64,000 nt of DNA from Methanomethylovorans hollandica DSM 15978. GTDB taxonomy: Archaea > Halobacteriota > Methanosarcinia > Methanosarcinales > Methanosarcinaceae. The translations under genes were made by a program, and so were the position numbers. The stretch covers positions 1,178,001 to 1,242,000 of the forward strand of contig NC_019977.1 of NCBI RefSeq assembly GCF_000328665.1, in the 5' to 3' direction. The notes beneath the pieces were generated by a model that worked only from the letters and a program-made list of their open reading frames with translations, did no database searches and had not been told where the DNA came from. Below are positions 28,346 through 37,513 of the stretch, one piece after another. Numbering within the stretch: position 1 is the first letter of the stretch; each line of letters begins with the position of its first letter.

Positions 28346-28434
28346 GGCTACCGCTCTATATTATTGCAATATCTTTCTTTCCGCTTATGTTAATTTGGAA
28401 TTTTCTTGAGTTATATTATGCCAGGGGGCACTGA
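28342..28434 (+). CDS. 30-aa hydrophobic peptide (absent from the ORF track)
   Basis: MRLPLYIIAISFFPLMLIWNFLELYYARGH; ATGA overlap with portal; fills the gap exactly. Confidence 0.5.
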   Translation: MRLPLYIIAISFFPLMLIWNFLELYYARGH

Positions 28435-28728
28435 ATGTACGTAATACCGGATACAGACTACACGATTAATGCTTCTGCTAAAACAATAACGCTAGCGGCA
28501 GCATACGCTACTCTAAGCGCAGGACAGATTACAAAAATTAAGGATATCACTACAGAAGAGATCCTCTATGATTCGGAAAGGGTCTCGTTTACGGGGCCAC
28601 AGATCTCGGTTGCTACGGGAGTAATCACCTACACGCAAGGAAACAAAGTGGCCAATACCGATAAGCTGCGCATAGTAGTTGATGCTAATTACTCAGATAT
28701 ATATCACCTCGATGGAGGGAGCGCATAA
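28435..28728 (+). CDS. Small beta-rich virion protein ending in LDGGSA
   Basis: TAATG-coupled to the Mtd-like gene. Confidence 0.65.
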   Translation: MYVIPDTDYTINASAKTITLAAAYATLSAGQITKIKDITTEEILYDSERVSFTGPQISVATGVITYTQGNKVANTDKLRIVVDANYSDIYHLDGGSA

Positions 28729-30086
28729 TGCCACGTAATCAATTAATACAGATCAGACGGGACACGACAGCAAACTGGACGAACACTAATCCAATCCCTG
28801 CAGAGGGGGAGCTCTGCCTGGACACAAATACCGGATACCTGAAAGTAGGGGACGGGTCATCTAATTATGTAGATCTACCTATCTTCACCCATGGCGCATC
28901 TATCACTGAGGCAATAGGCATAGAGTGGGATACCAGCAGCACAAGCCCAACGCTCAAGAGGATCGACATCAATGGTAACGAGCGCTCTACTGTAGACGCT
29001 ACATATTTCGATAATCACTCTATCTGGGGAAATATAAAAAGATGCACTATAAACCCAGCTATCGGACTCCCTGTCTACGGCACTAATGCAAGAGGTGACG
29101 GGCTAGATCTAACAGGCGCATCAGGAAACGTGATGGTTAAGATCCCCAAATTCTATGTGAAGTTCAGCACGGACGGAACTTATCATAGATGGTGGATTAG
29201 TCCTGTTGCCCTCGCTGGTTTCGAGTTACATCCAGCTTTTCTTCAGAGGGGCGGTACAGAAGCAGAGCTTTTTGTTTCGGCATATGAAGCGGCAGGGTTC
29301 CTGGATGGGGCGACATTCAAACTCACGTCCGCTACAGGACTGCAACCAGTGACGGGTGATGTCTCCTACCCCAATTTGCCGAACTCGGGCCGTCTGTACA
29401 TTATGGACGCCGGCACCTATGCAAATAACATAGGAACTGGCTACGGCATCATGAATATATGGACATGGTCTGCAATCCGGCTATTGGTGCTCACTGAACT
29501 GGGTACGCTCAACTCACAGGCCGCGTTAGGCAGGGGAATCGTAGATCTTGCATTGGGTACGGGATACGCGGGTCTGCTCACGGGTGCATTGTCAGCCGAT
29601 ACCAATGTTGCGACAAACGGTTCTGGAATGGGAACGGGAACAAACGGAGCAACTCCCGTTGTATGGCGCGGCATAGAGAATATTTGGGGCAATACTCTAA
29701 GTTTCGTGATCGGAGTAACCTTTTTTGATACCGTTCACTGGGTGCTGAAACCAGACGGGACAGGAGTAGTGGCTGCACCGCTTACCACTGGGAACTACGT
29801 AGAATCAGCATCAGTGCCGCCCAATACCACGAGTGGATATATCTCAAGAGTGTTCGTGGACAGCGCGCTGAAATATATGATGCTGGGGTCTGCTGTCGCG
29901 GGATCCTCAAGCACCTATGCATGTGATCTGTACACCGTACGCGAAACATCCGCAACAGGTACACACGGACAATGCAGCGGTGCGTGGGGTGCAGGAGATG
30001 GAGCCGGAATAAATTATCAACGTAGCGCGATATACGGCCATTTATCCAGACAAGTAGGGGCAAGGATCGAATTTTTGAAGAGGTGA
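28728..30086 (+). CDS. Mtd_N-domain adhesin/fibre with a C-type-lectin-like C-terminus
   Basis: 'IQIRRDTTANWTNTNPIPAEGELCLDTNTGYLKVGDG' (Mtd_N); 'VMVKIPKFY', 'LHPAF', 'WRGIENIWGN', 'GAWGAG...VGARIEF'. Confidence 0.75.
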   Translation: MPRNQLIQIRRDTTANWTNTNPIPAEGELCLDTNTGYLKVGDGSSNYVDLPIFTHGASITEAIGIEWDTSSTSPTLKRIDINGNERSTVDATYFDNHSIWGNIKRCTINPAIGLPVYGTNARGDGLDLTGASGNVMVKIPKFYVKFSTDGTYHRWWISPVALAGFELHPAFLQRGGTEAELFVSAYEAAGFLDGATFKLTSATGLQPVTGDVSYPNLPNSGRLYIMDAGTYANNIGTGYGIMNIWTWSAIRLLVLTELGTLNSQAALGRGIVDLALGTGYAGLLTGALSADTNVATNGSGMGTGTNGATPVVWRGIENIWGNTLSFVIGVTFFDTVHWVLKPDGTGVVAAPLTTGNYVESASVPPNTTSGYISRVFVDSALKYMMLGSAVAGSSSTYACDLYTVRETSATGTHGQCSGAWGAGDGAGINYQRSAIYGHLSRQVGARIEFLKR

Positions 30087-30090
30087 TAGA

Positions 30091-30459
30091 ATGGTCGAAT
30101 CAACAATACAACCAGCTGAAATTTATATAGACCGAATCGAGCACGGTAGAGCTAGACTTCTGTGTAGGTGGAATATCACTACATCTACCAGGGACGAACA
30201 GACTATCTATTCCTATGAGGAGGTGGTGCTCTGGTGGACGTTCCCGTATATAGACACGGACGGGGTAACAGTCCTGGACAACTACGCAGCAATAGAGAAG
30301 TTCATGCTCGCGAACAAAGCAGATATCCTCAACTACGCAAGAGGCACACAGACAACCCTCATAGGAAAGGACAAGGGCAAGGGCAAGCCGCCAGCTGCTG
30401 AAAAGGACAAGGGCAAAGGCAAAGAAGAAAAGGAATTCACAATCCGGGGGAACAAATAA
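30091..30459 (+). CDS. Hypothetical protein, possible fibre chaperone
   Basis: SD GAGGTGA; Lys-rich duplicated KDKGKGK tail. Confidence 0.55.
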   Translation: MVESTIQPAEIYIDRIEHGRARLLCRWNITTSTRDEQTIYSYEEVVLWWTFPYIDTDGVTVLDNYAAIEKFMLANKADILNYARGTQTTLIGKDKGKGKPPAAEKDKGKGKEEKEFTIRGNK

Positions 30460-30474
30460 TCCCCTTCTCTTACT

Positions 30475-31332
30475 ATGAACCTCCTGCAAACCCGGCCAAT
30501 TCTCACAATAGAGAGAAACCTGACAGATCTGATAGACCGCACGTTCCGAAAAGCGGCAAGGGTCGCAACGCTTGATTACAAAAATGAGCTACCTAATCGG
30601 GTTAGGCAGGGGTTCAGGTCACGTACATTTGCATTGCAGCTAGATAAGCTGATTACAGAGCTTATCCTGCAATCTTTTTCTTATGCGGACAAGCAGGCTA
30701 AGCAGCTGACAGCAGCAGCGCCAGAGCTCAATCCTTCTTACGTGCTCACAGAAGAGGCAGTAAGACTATCTGGGGAACTATCAAAAGAATGTGCCGAAAG
30801 TGTGGTTAGGATGCTCGTAGAGGATGCTATATATTATGAGTCGCCAAGAGCATTAGCTAACCGAATTACAGACCTTTGGGGCGGTGAAAAGTATAGGGCT
30901 GAACGCTTTGCTCGTACGTTCACAGCAGACGTAGCTACAGCCTCTACAGTAAGCCGCTACAGGCAGCTAGGCATTAGATATATGGAGTTCAACGCAGAGG
31001 TAGACGACAAGACTACTGCTCAATGTCGCTGCTTAGACGGCACTATATTCGACCTTGAGAAAGGATCAGTCGATGCATACAGACCTCCTTTACATATGCA
31101 CTGCCGGAGCGGTCTAATTCCAATCACTGAGGATGAGTACGATAAGAGCAGGGAGTTTGAGAACAGGGATTTCAGTACTACTCTTGATGATCCTAAAGAG
31201 GTAGACAGAGCATTCAAGCAGATCGGTAAGTTCAACGATAACTATAGGGTCTCTAAGCTGATTATTGATAAGGATCTAGCAGCTAGGTACATGTTTGAAA
31301 AAGGGTTCTCAGTGAGTATAGAGACCCCTTAA
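30475..31332 (+). CDS. MuF/SPP1 gp7-family head morphogenesis protein
   Basis: 'RAERFART', 'DDKTTAQCRCLDG', 'PPLHMHCRS'. Confidence 0.9.
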   Translation: MNLLQTRPILTIERNLTDLIDRTFRKAARVATLDYKNELPNRVRQGFRSRTFALQLDKLITELILQSFSYADKQAKQLTAAAPELNPSYVLTEEAVRLSGELSKECAESVVRMLVEDAIYYESPRALANRITDLWGGEKYRAERFARTFTADVATASTVSRYRQLGIRYMEFNAEVDDKTTAQCRCLDGTIFDLEKGSVDAYRPPLHMHCRSGLIPITEDEYDKSREFENRDFSTTLDDPKEVDRAFKQIGKFNDNYRVSKLIIDKDLAARYMFEKGFSVSIETP

Positions 31333-31547
31333 TTCTTGTTTTTCTCTGCGTCTATGCATGTTTGCATAATTCTTATCATATCTCCGTACCTGATATAATA
31401 ATACTTGCCTTCGTGTCTCTTGTATCCGTTTTTATCAAGTTCCTCAATAACGGATATAGGCAGTGATGCTATATGATGTCTATCAATTATTCCTTTTTTT
31501 CTAGCTACTTCATCTGACGGTAGTTCCGGTATATCTGTATTAGTCAT
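31329..31547 (-). CDS. Small inverted ORF inside the head module
   Basis: AT-rich 72-aa ORF filling the MuF-protease gap. Confidence 0.5.
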   Translation of the reverse strand: MTNTDIPELPSDEVARKKGIIDRHHIASLPISVIEELDKNGYKRHEGKYYYIRYGDMIRIMQTCIDAEKNKN

Positions 31548-31562
31548 TGTCTATATTATAAT

Positions 31563-31591
31563 GTGTACACTAAATTATATATAGTATATAC
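31563..31591 (+). promoter_or_regulatory. Putative late promoter, copy 2
   Basis: Identical 29-mer; TATA about 30 nt upstream of ATG 31611. Confidence 0.7.
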
Positions 31592-31610
31592 CTACATTAT
31601 ACTGTATATA

Positions 31611-32570
31611 ATGATATTAGAGGGCATTGCTTTTCCATTAGACACACTAAACAAGAACGGCTGGGGCATCCCCTCCTCTGATGCCGACAATGCTATCTCT
31701 TCTCTCAAAAACGCTGTAGTCCGGGTCTGTTCTCGCAATGATCCCCACGGCTGTGATATCTCCGAAGATCCTAAAGCAGAAATAGGTAGAGTGCTAGATG
31801 CCTGGAAGGACGGGTCTAATGTATATACCAAAGTAGAGATTACAGATTCGGTAGCAGCAGCCAAAGTTAAAGAAGGAACCTGGCAGAAAAAGTGGAGCGT
31901 ATACGGCAAAGCAGGCGCAATAAACGAGGGATGGACTAACGGAGCGTCACTAAAATCTATTACGCTTGTGACAAATCCAGCATGGGATCAATCCTCATTT
32001 GATGTGGCTGCCTCTGCTGAAGATCCCAAATTACTATTTTTCAATGATTTTTCAATAACAGCTTCGGTAGGTAATACCATGGACGACAACAACATAACAC
32101 CACCCGGCGGGGCAATACCTGCCGAATTTGAGCAGCGTATGGCTGACTCACAGAAACAGATCGATACTCTCATTGTAGAGAGGAAGGCACTTGCTGAGCA
32201 GGTAGATGCTCTCACTAAAGAGAGAGATGAACTAAAAACTGTAGCAGCGTCACTGAAAGAAGAGACAGGCAAAATGGTCTCAATGGATGAAGTCAAGCAG
32301 ATGATCGCTGCAGCAAAAGCAGAAGATCGGGAACAGCAGGCTCACGAAGCCGCTCTTGTGAAACTCACAGCAGCAAGAGCAGAGCTTGGGCTTGAGACCA
32401 AAGCAGAGGCATACTCTGAACTTAGCGCATCAGCAATTGAAGAGGCCGCAGCAGAATGGGGTCAGGTACAGATATCAGCATCAGCAAATCAGATCAAATA
32501 TCCTTCTACTGTCCCCGCAAACAGTGCCAGGCTTAAGGTATTCGATCCATTCACAGGGGGATACGTATAA
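31611..32570 (+). CDS. Prohead protease/scaffold fusion
   Basis: 'NKNGW', 'PH...IGRV', 'WSV', 'LVTNPA' protease motifs followed by a coiled coil. Confidence 0.8.
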   Translation: MILEGIAFPLDTLNKNGWGIPSSDADNAISSLKNAVVRVCSRNDPHGCDISEDPKAEIGRVLDAWKDGSNVYTKVEITDSVAAAKVKEGTWQKKWSVYGKAGAINEGWTNGASLKSITLVTNPAWDQSSFDVAASAEDPKLLFFNDFSITASVGNTMDDNNITPPGGAIPAEFEQRMADSQKQIDTLIVERKALAEQVDALTKERDELKTVAASLKEETGKMVSMDEVKQMIAAAKAEDREQQAHEAALVKLTAARAELGLETKAEAYSELSASAIEEAAAEWGQVQISASANQIKYPSTVPANSARLKVFDPFTGGYV

Positions 32571-33034
32571 TGGTACAGTTAGGATTCAGGAAACCAACTA
32601 ACAAGTGGAGCCAGGGCGGTGCTCTGGGTGTCGAATATTTCAAAGTTGGCGCAAACGCTACCGCAGCAAAAATGCTTCCGGGCATAGCGGTAATCAAAGA
32701 TGCTAATGATTTCAGTGTCAAGGAATCAGGCAGCTTAGGCAGCACAATTGGGGTGCTCGGATACGATGAGACTCCAGCACAGTACAGGCCAACTACCAGC
32801 TCTACAGCATACGCATTAGGCGACCACGTAGCAGTGCACAGAGGCGCAGGACGCAGGCAGAAGATGTGGCTCACTACCTCACAGACTATAGTGATAGGTC
32901 AGCCTCTGATGGTGACCACAGACGGCTATCTCACAGCAGCCACAGCAGGAACTCATGACGTATACTGTGATGCAGCCGAAAGTGTGACAACCACAAGTGC
33001 TGCTGCTGCAATCTGGGTAATTACAAGGAAGTGA
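32570..33034 (+). CDS. Capsid decoration/cement protein
   Basis: Ala/Thr/Gly-rich beta protein between protease and capsid genes. Confidence 0.6.
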   Translation: MVQLGFRKPTNKWSQGGALGVEYFKVGANATAAKMLPGIAVIKDANDFSVKESGSLGSTIGVLGYDETPAQYRPTTSSTAYALGDHVAVHRGAGRRQKMWLTTSQTIVIGQPLMVTTDGYLTAATAGTHDVYCDAAESVTTTSAAAAIWVITRK

Positions 33035-33041
33035 TTGAAAC

Positions 33042-33962
33042 ATGGTCAACGCATTAGCAAATCTTAAAAATCAGTGGGATAAAGACATCGCTCCTACTCT
33101 GTATGCTCAGGATATCAGCAAGCAGCTCATGCCAATAAACCCACAGCTCTCTAATCAGGGTCTGGGAGTTCTTAGCATTGACTCTCTAAAATACGTAGCA
33201 AGAGGCAGCGCAAGCATTAACTACGACATTCAGCAGGACATAGAGGATACTGTTGACATTGCACTGGCAAACCTGAAAATCCCTGTCCAGCAGGACGACA
33301 CCAAGATCAGGCGCAGAGATTGGGAAGCATACGTAAAGCAGGGTATCCCTATCAGCTCAGATCTTGCTCAGGACATGGCTGCAAATATCGCTGTACAGCG
33401 CACTACTCTTGTAGTGGATGGCTGGAAACCAGACGGGACAAATTACGATATCAAAGGCATGTACCAGGTAGCAAACAACACTGTTGCAGGAGCCGATTTT
33501 GATACTTTCGGCAACGCATACAAAACAGTAGCAGCCTGCCTTAAGGAGCTCAAGACTGACAAGATTTACAGTCCTGGGTATAACCTTGTGCTGGCTGGTC
33601 TGAACTACGCTGAACTTATGGGGTCTATCTCCACAAACGGAGTGTCAGAGGCTCAGATGGTCATAGACCTGCTCAACAGAGATGCACCTCCAGGCACACA
33701 GCCAGGTAGGATCTTTGAGGGAACTGATCTTGCGGCAGGTACGGGAATGGTTGCACCTATCGCAGCTCAGGCAAACCTCAGATATTTTGACCTGATCGAG
33801 ACCCAGGAGCCTATTAACCATCTTTGGTTTGAGGATGGCAACGAGGTATCTGGAGACATCAAAGCTAGGCAGATAGGCGCAATGGTTCCCAGGTTCAAGC
33901 ACCTAGTGGGCGGTAAGGATAATTGTGTCTGTACAATCAGCTCTGGTCTGGACAGCTCTTAA
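33042..33962 (+). CDS. Major capsid protein (HK97 fold)
   Basis: 306 aa; canonical position; 'GTNYDIKGMY', 'PGYNLVL' resemble HK97/linocin-like shells. Confidence 0.75.
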   Translation: MVNALANLKNQWDKDIAPTLYAQDISKQLMPINPQLSNQGLGVLSIDSLKYVARGSASINYDIQQDIEDTVDIALANLKIPVQQDDTKIRRRDWEAYVKQGIPISSDLAQDMAANIAVQRTTLVVDGWKPDGTNYDIKGMYQVANNTVAGADFDTFGNAYKTVAACLKELKTDKIYSPGYNLVLAGLNYAELMGSISTNGVSEAQMVIDLLNRDAPPGTQPGRIFEGTDLAAGTGMVAPIAAQANLRYFDLIETQEPINHLWFEDGNEVSGDIKARQIGAMVPRFKHLVGGKDNCVCTISSGLDSS

Positions 33963-33977
33963 GCGGAGTGATATCAG

Positions 33978-34217
33978 ATGAGGCTACGGTGTACGATTGG
34001 ATCTATGCATATCCTCAGTCGGAGGACTGTTTACAACCGGGGAGACGAGTTTGAAATGGAGGCAACGAAAGCTGCCTCTCTTATCTCCTCTGGCTATGCT
34101 GTCACGGTTGAAGAGATTGCAGTAGAGCCAGTCAAAGAACCAGAAGCAGAGCCCGTTGAAGGACATATTGAAACCACAAAACCAACTCCAAAAAGATCAC
34201 GTTCTCATAAGAGGTAA
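33978..34217 (+). CDS. Small capsid-adjacent protein
   Basis: 'YNRGDEFEM...LISSGYA' with a basic tail; SD GGAGTGA. Confidence 0.6.
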   Translation: MRLRCTIGSMHILSRRTVYNRGDEFEMEATKAASLISSGYAVTVEEIAVEPVKEPEAEPVEGHIETTKPTPKRSRSHKR

Positions 34218-34222
34218 GCAGT

Positions 34223-34621
34223 ATGGCAATGTGTACTGTCGCTGATGTTAAGGCTATAGTGTCACCAAAAACGGTTACTGATGCTGAAATCACTAGCATC
34301 ATTGCTCTAGTTTCTGGGGATATAGCAGCCGACACTGGAGCTAGTACTAGCTCTACAGACAGTACACTAGTCAGGGCGTGTATTCATTACTCTGCTGCAA
34401 TCACGTTGCAGAGAATGAAATACACAGGCGAACTGGCTTCTCAGAGGCAGATAGGCGACAGCATGAGGTCTAATAATGTAGATGCTCAAATCGCTTATCA
34501 CAACGAGAAGGCCCAGTACTTCATAAACAAATACGTTTCTGCAAATTATGATGAGTACACGATCATATCGGGCAGGATCGGGATAGGCGAAGTAGACAAC
34601 GAGGTGCTCTATGAATACTGA
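34223..34621 (+). CDS. Head-tail adaptor
   Basis: 'MCTVADVK' N-terminus; position. Confidence 0.6.
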   Translation: MAMCTVADVKAIVSPKTVTDAEITSIIALVSGDIAADTGASTSSTDSTLVRACIHYSAAITLQRMKYTGELASQRQIGDSMRSNNVDAQIAYHNEKAQYFINKYVSANYDEYTIISGRIGIGEVDNEVLYEY

Positions 34622-34961
34622 TATCCTAATCCACACCTGCTCAATCCTCCATACCGTACCTGTCTCCCAAAACAAATATGGAGAAGAGGTAAGAGGCGGT
34701 CTACCTGTCTCCTCTGCATGCCGATTCTACACATCTCGCAGGATACCAGGGAGGATGTCCTCGGTTGGTATCGGAGAGTTTCATATTGATACACCTAAAC
34801 TTGCCCTTCCAGCTACTGCTACTGTTACAGAGAACGATATTATCACAAGCTCTGTTATGTCTTTTACAGGGCCGTACAGGGTCAGCCACGTCAATCCGCT
34901 TGCTGACTTGTACTCTAGTACTCTTGACCACATAGAGTGTGAGTTGGAGGCGATTGAATGA
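34611..34961 (+). CDS. Head closure/stopper protein
   Basis: 'QNKYGE', 'DHIECEL'; position. Confidence 0.6.
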   Translation: MNTDILIHTCSILHTVPVSQNKYGEEVRGGLPVSSACRFYTSRRIPGRMSSVGIGEFHIDTPKLALPATATVTENDIITSSVMSFTGPYRVSHVNPLADLYSSTLDHIECELEAIE

Positions 34962-35197
34962 ACCAGCCCGTAACTCATGCAGAGTGCCAGGCACGCATGG
35001 AGATACTCGAACAGAAGATGCATACCTGCATGAAGGAGGACAAAACCGACTTCAAGGACACCATTACTGATGTGGAGGAATGGGTCGGGAAACTAGAGTC
35101 TAAAATGGACTACATGATATACGGCCTGCTGTTCCTAGCATTAGAAGGCTTCGTAGGGCTTATAATCACAATATTCACTCTGTCTGGGGGGATCTAA
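34958..35197 (+). CDS. Coiled-coil protein with C-terminal TM helix
   Basis: 'MIYGLLFLALEGFVGLIITIFTL'. Confidence 0.6.
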   Translation: MNQPVTHAECQARMEILEQKMHTCMKEDKTDFKDTITDVEEWVGKLESKMDYMIYGLLFLALEGFVGLIITIFTLSGGI

Positions 35198-35631
35198 TGC
35201 CTCTACGTGTAGAAGTCCAGGGCATCGAGGAGCTCAGAGCCAAGATTAGAAACATGGGCGAAGAGCTAGCTAATGTGCTAGAGGATGCAGCCAACAAGGG
35301 GGCCATGATCGTAGTCAAAGAGGCACAGCTCAACAGTGCTAAGGGGGGCGGCTTTCCTAGCAGGATTACAGGTAATCTATTCAGAAGCATTCCTGCGGTC
35401 AGTCCGGTCACTGTATCCAAATCTCGCAATAGAGTAGAGGTAGCAGTGGGCTCCTCTGCTGAATACGCAAGGCGGCTAGAGCTCGGTTTCACTGGCACTG
35501 ACAGCCTAGGTAGACATTATCATCAATCTCCCAGGCCGTACATTAGGCCTGCTCTTGTTGCTAATAGAAATAACGTAGAGCAGGAGATGGCAAAACGTTT
35601 CCGGCAGGTTATAGGGGGCTATACTAGATGA
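35197..35631 (+). CDS. HK97 gp10-like tail component
   Basis: 'ITGNLFRSI', 'EYARRLELG', 'PRPYIRPAL'. Confidence 0.85.
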   Translation: MPLRVEVQGIEELRAKIRNMGEELANVLEDAANKGAMIVVKEAQLNSAKGGGFPSRITGNLFRSIPAVSPVTVSKSRNRVEVAVGSSAEYARRLELGFTGTDSLGRHYHQSPRPYIRPALVANRNNVEQEMAKRFRQVIGGYTR

Positions 35632-36059
35632 CCACTATACACGGTGCTATCAGATCATTGCTGCTAGGTTCTACAGCAGTAACAGACCTAGTGAGCACTC
35701 GGATCTATCCTGTGCAGATCCCTTTCGGCACGACCTATCCGGCAATCTCAATACACGAGATCAGCGGCTTAGAGGATTATGTAGTGGGTTACGAGGCACA
35801 TAGGTATCAAGTATCCATATTCTCTGAATCATTCACTATAGCTCAGGACATTAAGCAGGCTATTAAGCTGTGTTTGAACAGATATTCAGGCACAGTAGAC
35901 GGACACAACATTAAAAGCCTGTCCTTCCTGAGCAGCCTGGAACTCTATGAGGACGAATCAAGAATGTACCATCTCCCCTTAGATTTCCAGATAGTACACT
36001 ATAACGATTCCGGGGACAACCAGCAGCCAACGCTAAACCTAGACGGTGGCAGCGCATAA
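35628..36059 (+). CDS. Tail terminator (DUF3168/gp17-like) with LDGGSA extension
   Basis: 'LVSTRIYP...TYPAI', 'RYQVSIFS'. Confidence 0.75.
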   Translation: MTTIHGAIRSLLLGSTAVTDLVSTRIYPVQIPFGTTYPAISIHEISGLEDYVVGYEAHRYQVSIFSESFTIAQDIKQAIKLCLNRYSGTVDGHNIKSLSFLSSLELYEDESRMYHLPLDFQIVHYNDSGDNQQPTLNLDGGSA

Positions 36060-36096
36060 CGATAACTGAATAATAAACTAAACAGAGGTCTTGAAA

Positions 36097-36894
36097 ATGG
36101 TAACACAAACATCAGTACAGAAGGCTACAGCCATACGTTTTGGCTCTGGCAAGCTTGAGGTAGGCGCAACAGTAGGTACTCTTGCAGATGTGGGAGCAAT
36201 CAGAAACGCTACGTTTGCTAGGGAATTTGAGAAAGTAGAAATAATGAGCGACAATGCAGACAGAATAGCTGCAGGCATCAGAGATCATTTCGCTTTCATT
36301 GAATTTGATATGCTAGAGATCGACATGTCTAAGCTCAGTGTAATCATGGGCGGCCTGGACACCTACGCTACTGTTAACGGTACTCCTGTCGCCGTAGTCG
36401 ATGAGCCTATAACCCTCAACGGCACGGACGCAGTAAGACTGGCAAACAAAGAGGGAGACGGTACAGAGGCAGCAAGTATAGTAGTCACCAATGCCGCAGC
36501 AGTAGCAGCGGTTAGAAACACCGACTACGTCATTTCAGTAGATGCGAGCGGCTACACGACCATAGCAAGAGTGGCAGCCTCTGCAAAGCTTACGGATGGC
36601 GGCATTGCTCTTATAGACTATTCATATACACCAAACGCATCAGTGACTCTCAAGAGTGGTGGTAACACTACTATAGCTGACAAGGTCGTAAGGATTACGA
36701 ACACCAACGCAGCAGGCAAGACCCTTCAGATCACTGCCTACAAAGCTTCAATTGACGAGGGATGGAGCTACGACTTCCCGGCAGATGACGCTTATGAAGT
36801 CGGCATGGTTCACATCAAGATGAAGGCAAGGATAGACACTACCAGGACAGTGGGAGACCAGCTCTTCGCTATTGTAGATGAACAAGGAGTCTGA
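36097..36894 (+). CDS. Major tail tube protein
   Basis: 'IRFGSGKLEVG...DVGA'; position before the chaperones and tape measure. Confidence 0.75.
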   Translation: MVTQTSVQKATAIRFGSGKLEVGATVGTLADVGAIRNATFAREFEKVEIMSDNADRIAAGIRDHFAFIEFDMLEIDMSKLSVIMGGLDTYATVNGTPVAVVDEPITLNGTDAVRLANKEGDGTEAASIVVTNAAAVAAVRNTDYVISVDASGYTTIARVAASAKLTDGGIALIDYSYTPNASVTLKSGGNTTIADKVVRITNTNAAGKTLQITAYKASIDEGWSYDFPADDAYEVGMVHIKMKARIDTTRTVGDQLFAIVDEQGV

Positions 36895-36899
36895 TCTGC

Positions 36900-37229
36900 A
36901 TGGATTCTGTGAAAACATTTGGCGGTCTGCTTCCTGAGAAGCGCATAGCAATAATAGCTAATAGAGAGATAGACGTGAGCAGGATCCCCTCACGTTTTAC
37001 TCTTGAGATGATGAATGCTACAAGAGGAGGAGTAGATTACTCAGTCGTTGTGAAAATAATTGCAGACATCTGCTCTAAGAATGCTCCTGAAATTACTCCT
37101 GATTTCCTTCTCGATAATCTGGGGATAGATGAGATCAATGAATTAGTAGAGTACATGATGGAGCCAGTCACCCAGAAAGCCAAAGCTAAGATGGCAGAGG
37201 CAGCAGGTGCAGACCCAAAAAACTCGTAA
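36900..37229 (+). CDS. Tail assembly chaperone (G)
   Basis: Position; ends at slippery sequence CCCAAAAAAC. Confidence 0.75.
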   Translation: MDSVKTFGGLLPEKRIAIIANREIDVSRIPSRFTLEMMNATRGGVDYSVVVKIIADICSKNAPEITPDFLLDNLGIDEINELVEYMMEPVTQKAKAKMAEAAGADPKNS

Positions 37230-37513
37230 CCTTTGCGGAAATATACGCATCGGTTGGCTCTATGTATGGTTGGGCAACTCCCGATTATTTGCTCAACCAT
37301 ATGAGCCTCGTTGAAATCCTCGATTATTACGAAAATGGGATCAAATTCGAGGAGTCAAAGGCTCAGATCCTGGTAGGTACTCTTGCGAAAGCAATGCACA
37401 GCGGCTCTGATGATCCCAAGAAACCAGCTAAGCGGATATACAGAGAAGAGCCAGAGCAGACCCCTGACCGTAAAGCCCTGTATGAACAATTCGGAGACCT
37501 GATAAAAACATGA
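37220..37513 (+). CDS. Tail assembly chaperone extension (T), -1 frame
   Basis: The -1 frame is open from the slippery site through MYGWATP... to 37513. Confidence 0.7.
   Translation, partial: KLVTFAEIYASVGSMYGWATPDYLLNHMSLVEILDYYENGIKFEESKAQILVGTLAKAMHSGSDDPKKPAKRIYREEPEQTPDRKALYEQFGDLIKT

Noticed and set aside
28728..31000. Complete diversity-generating retroelement
   Set aside because: No reverse transcriptase, Avd or template repeat visible in the window.
33042..33962. Encapsulin nanocompartment
   Set aside because: Sits in a full terminase-portal-protease-tail context, so it is a viral capsid protein.
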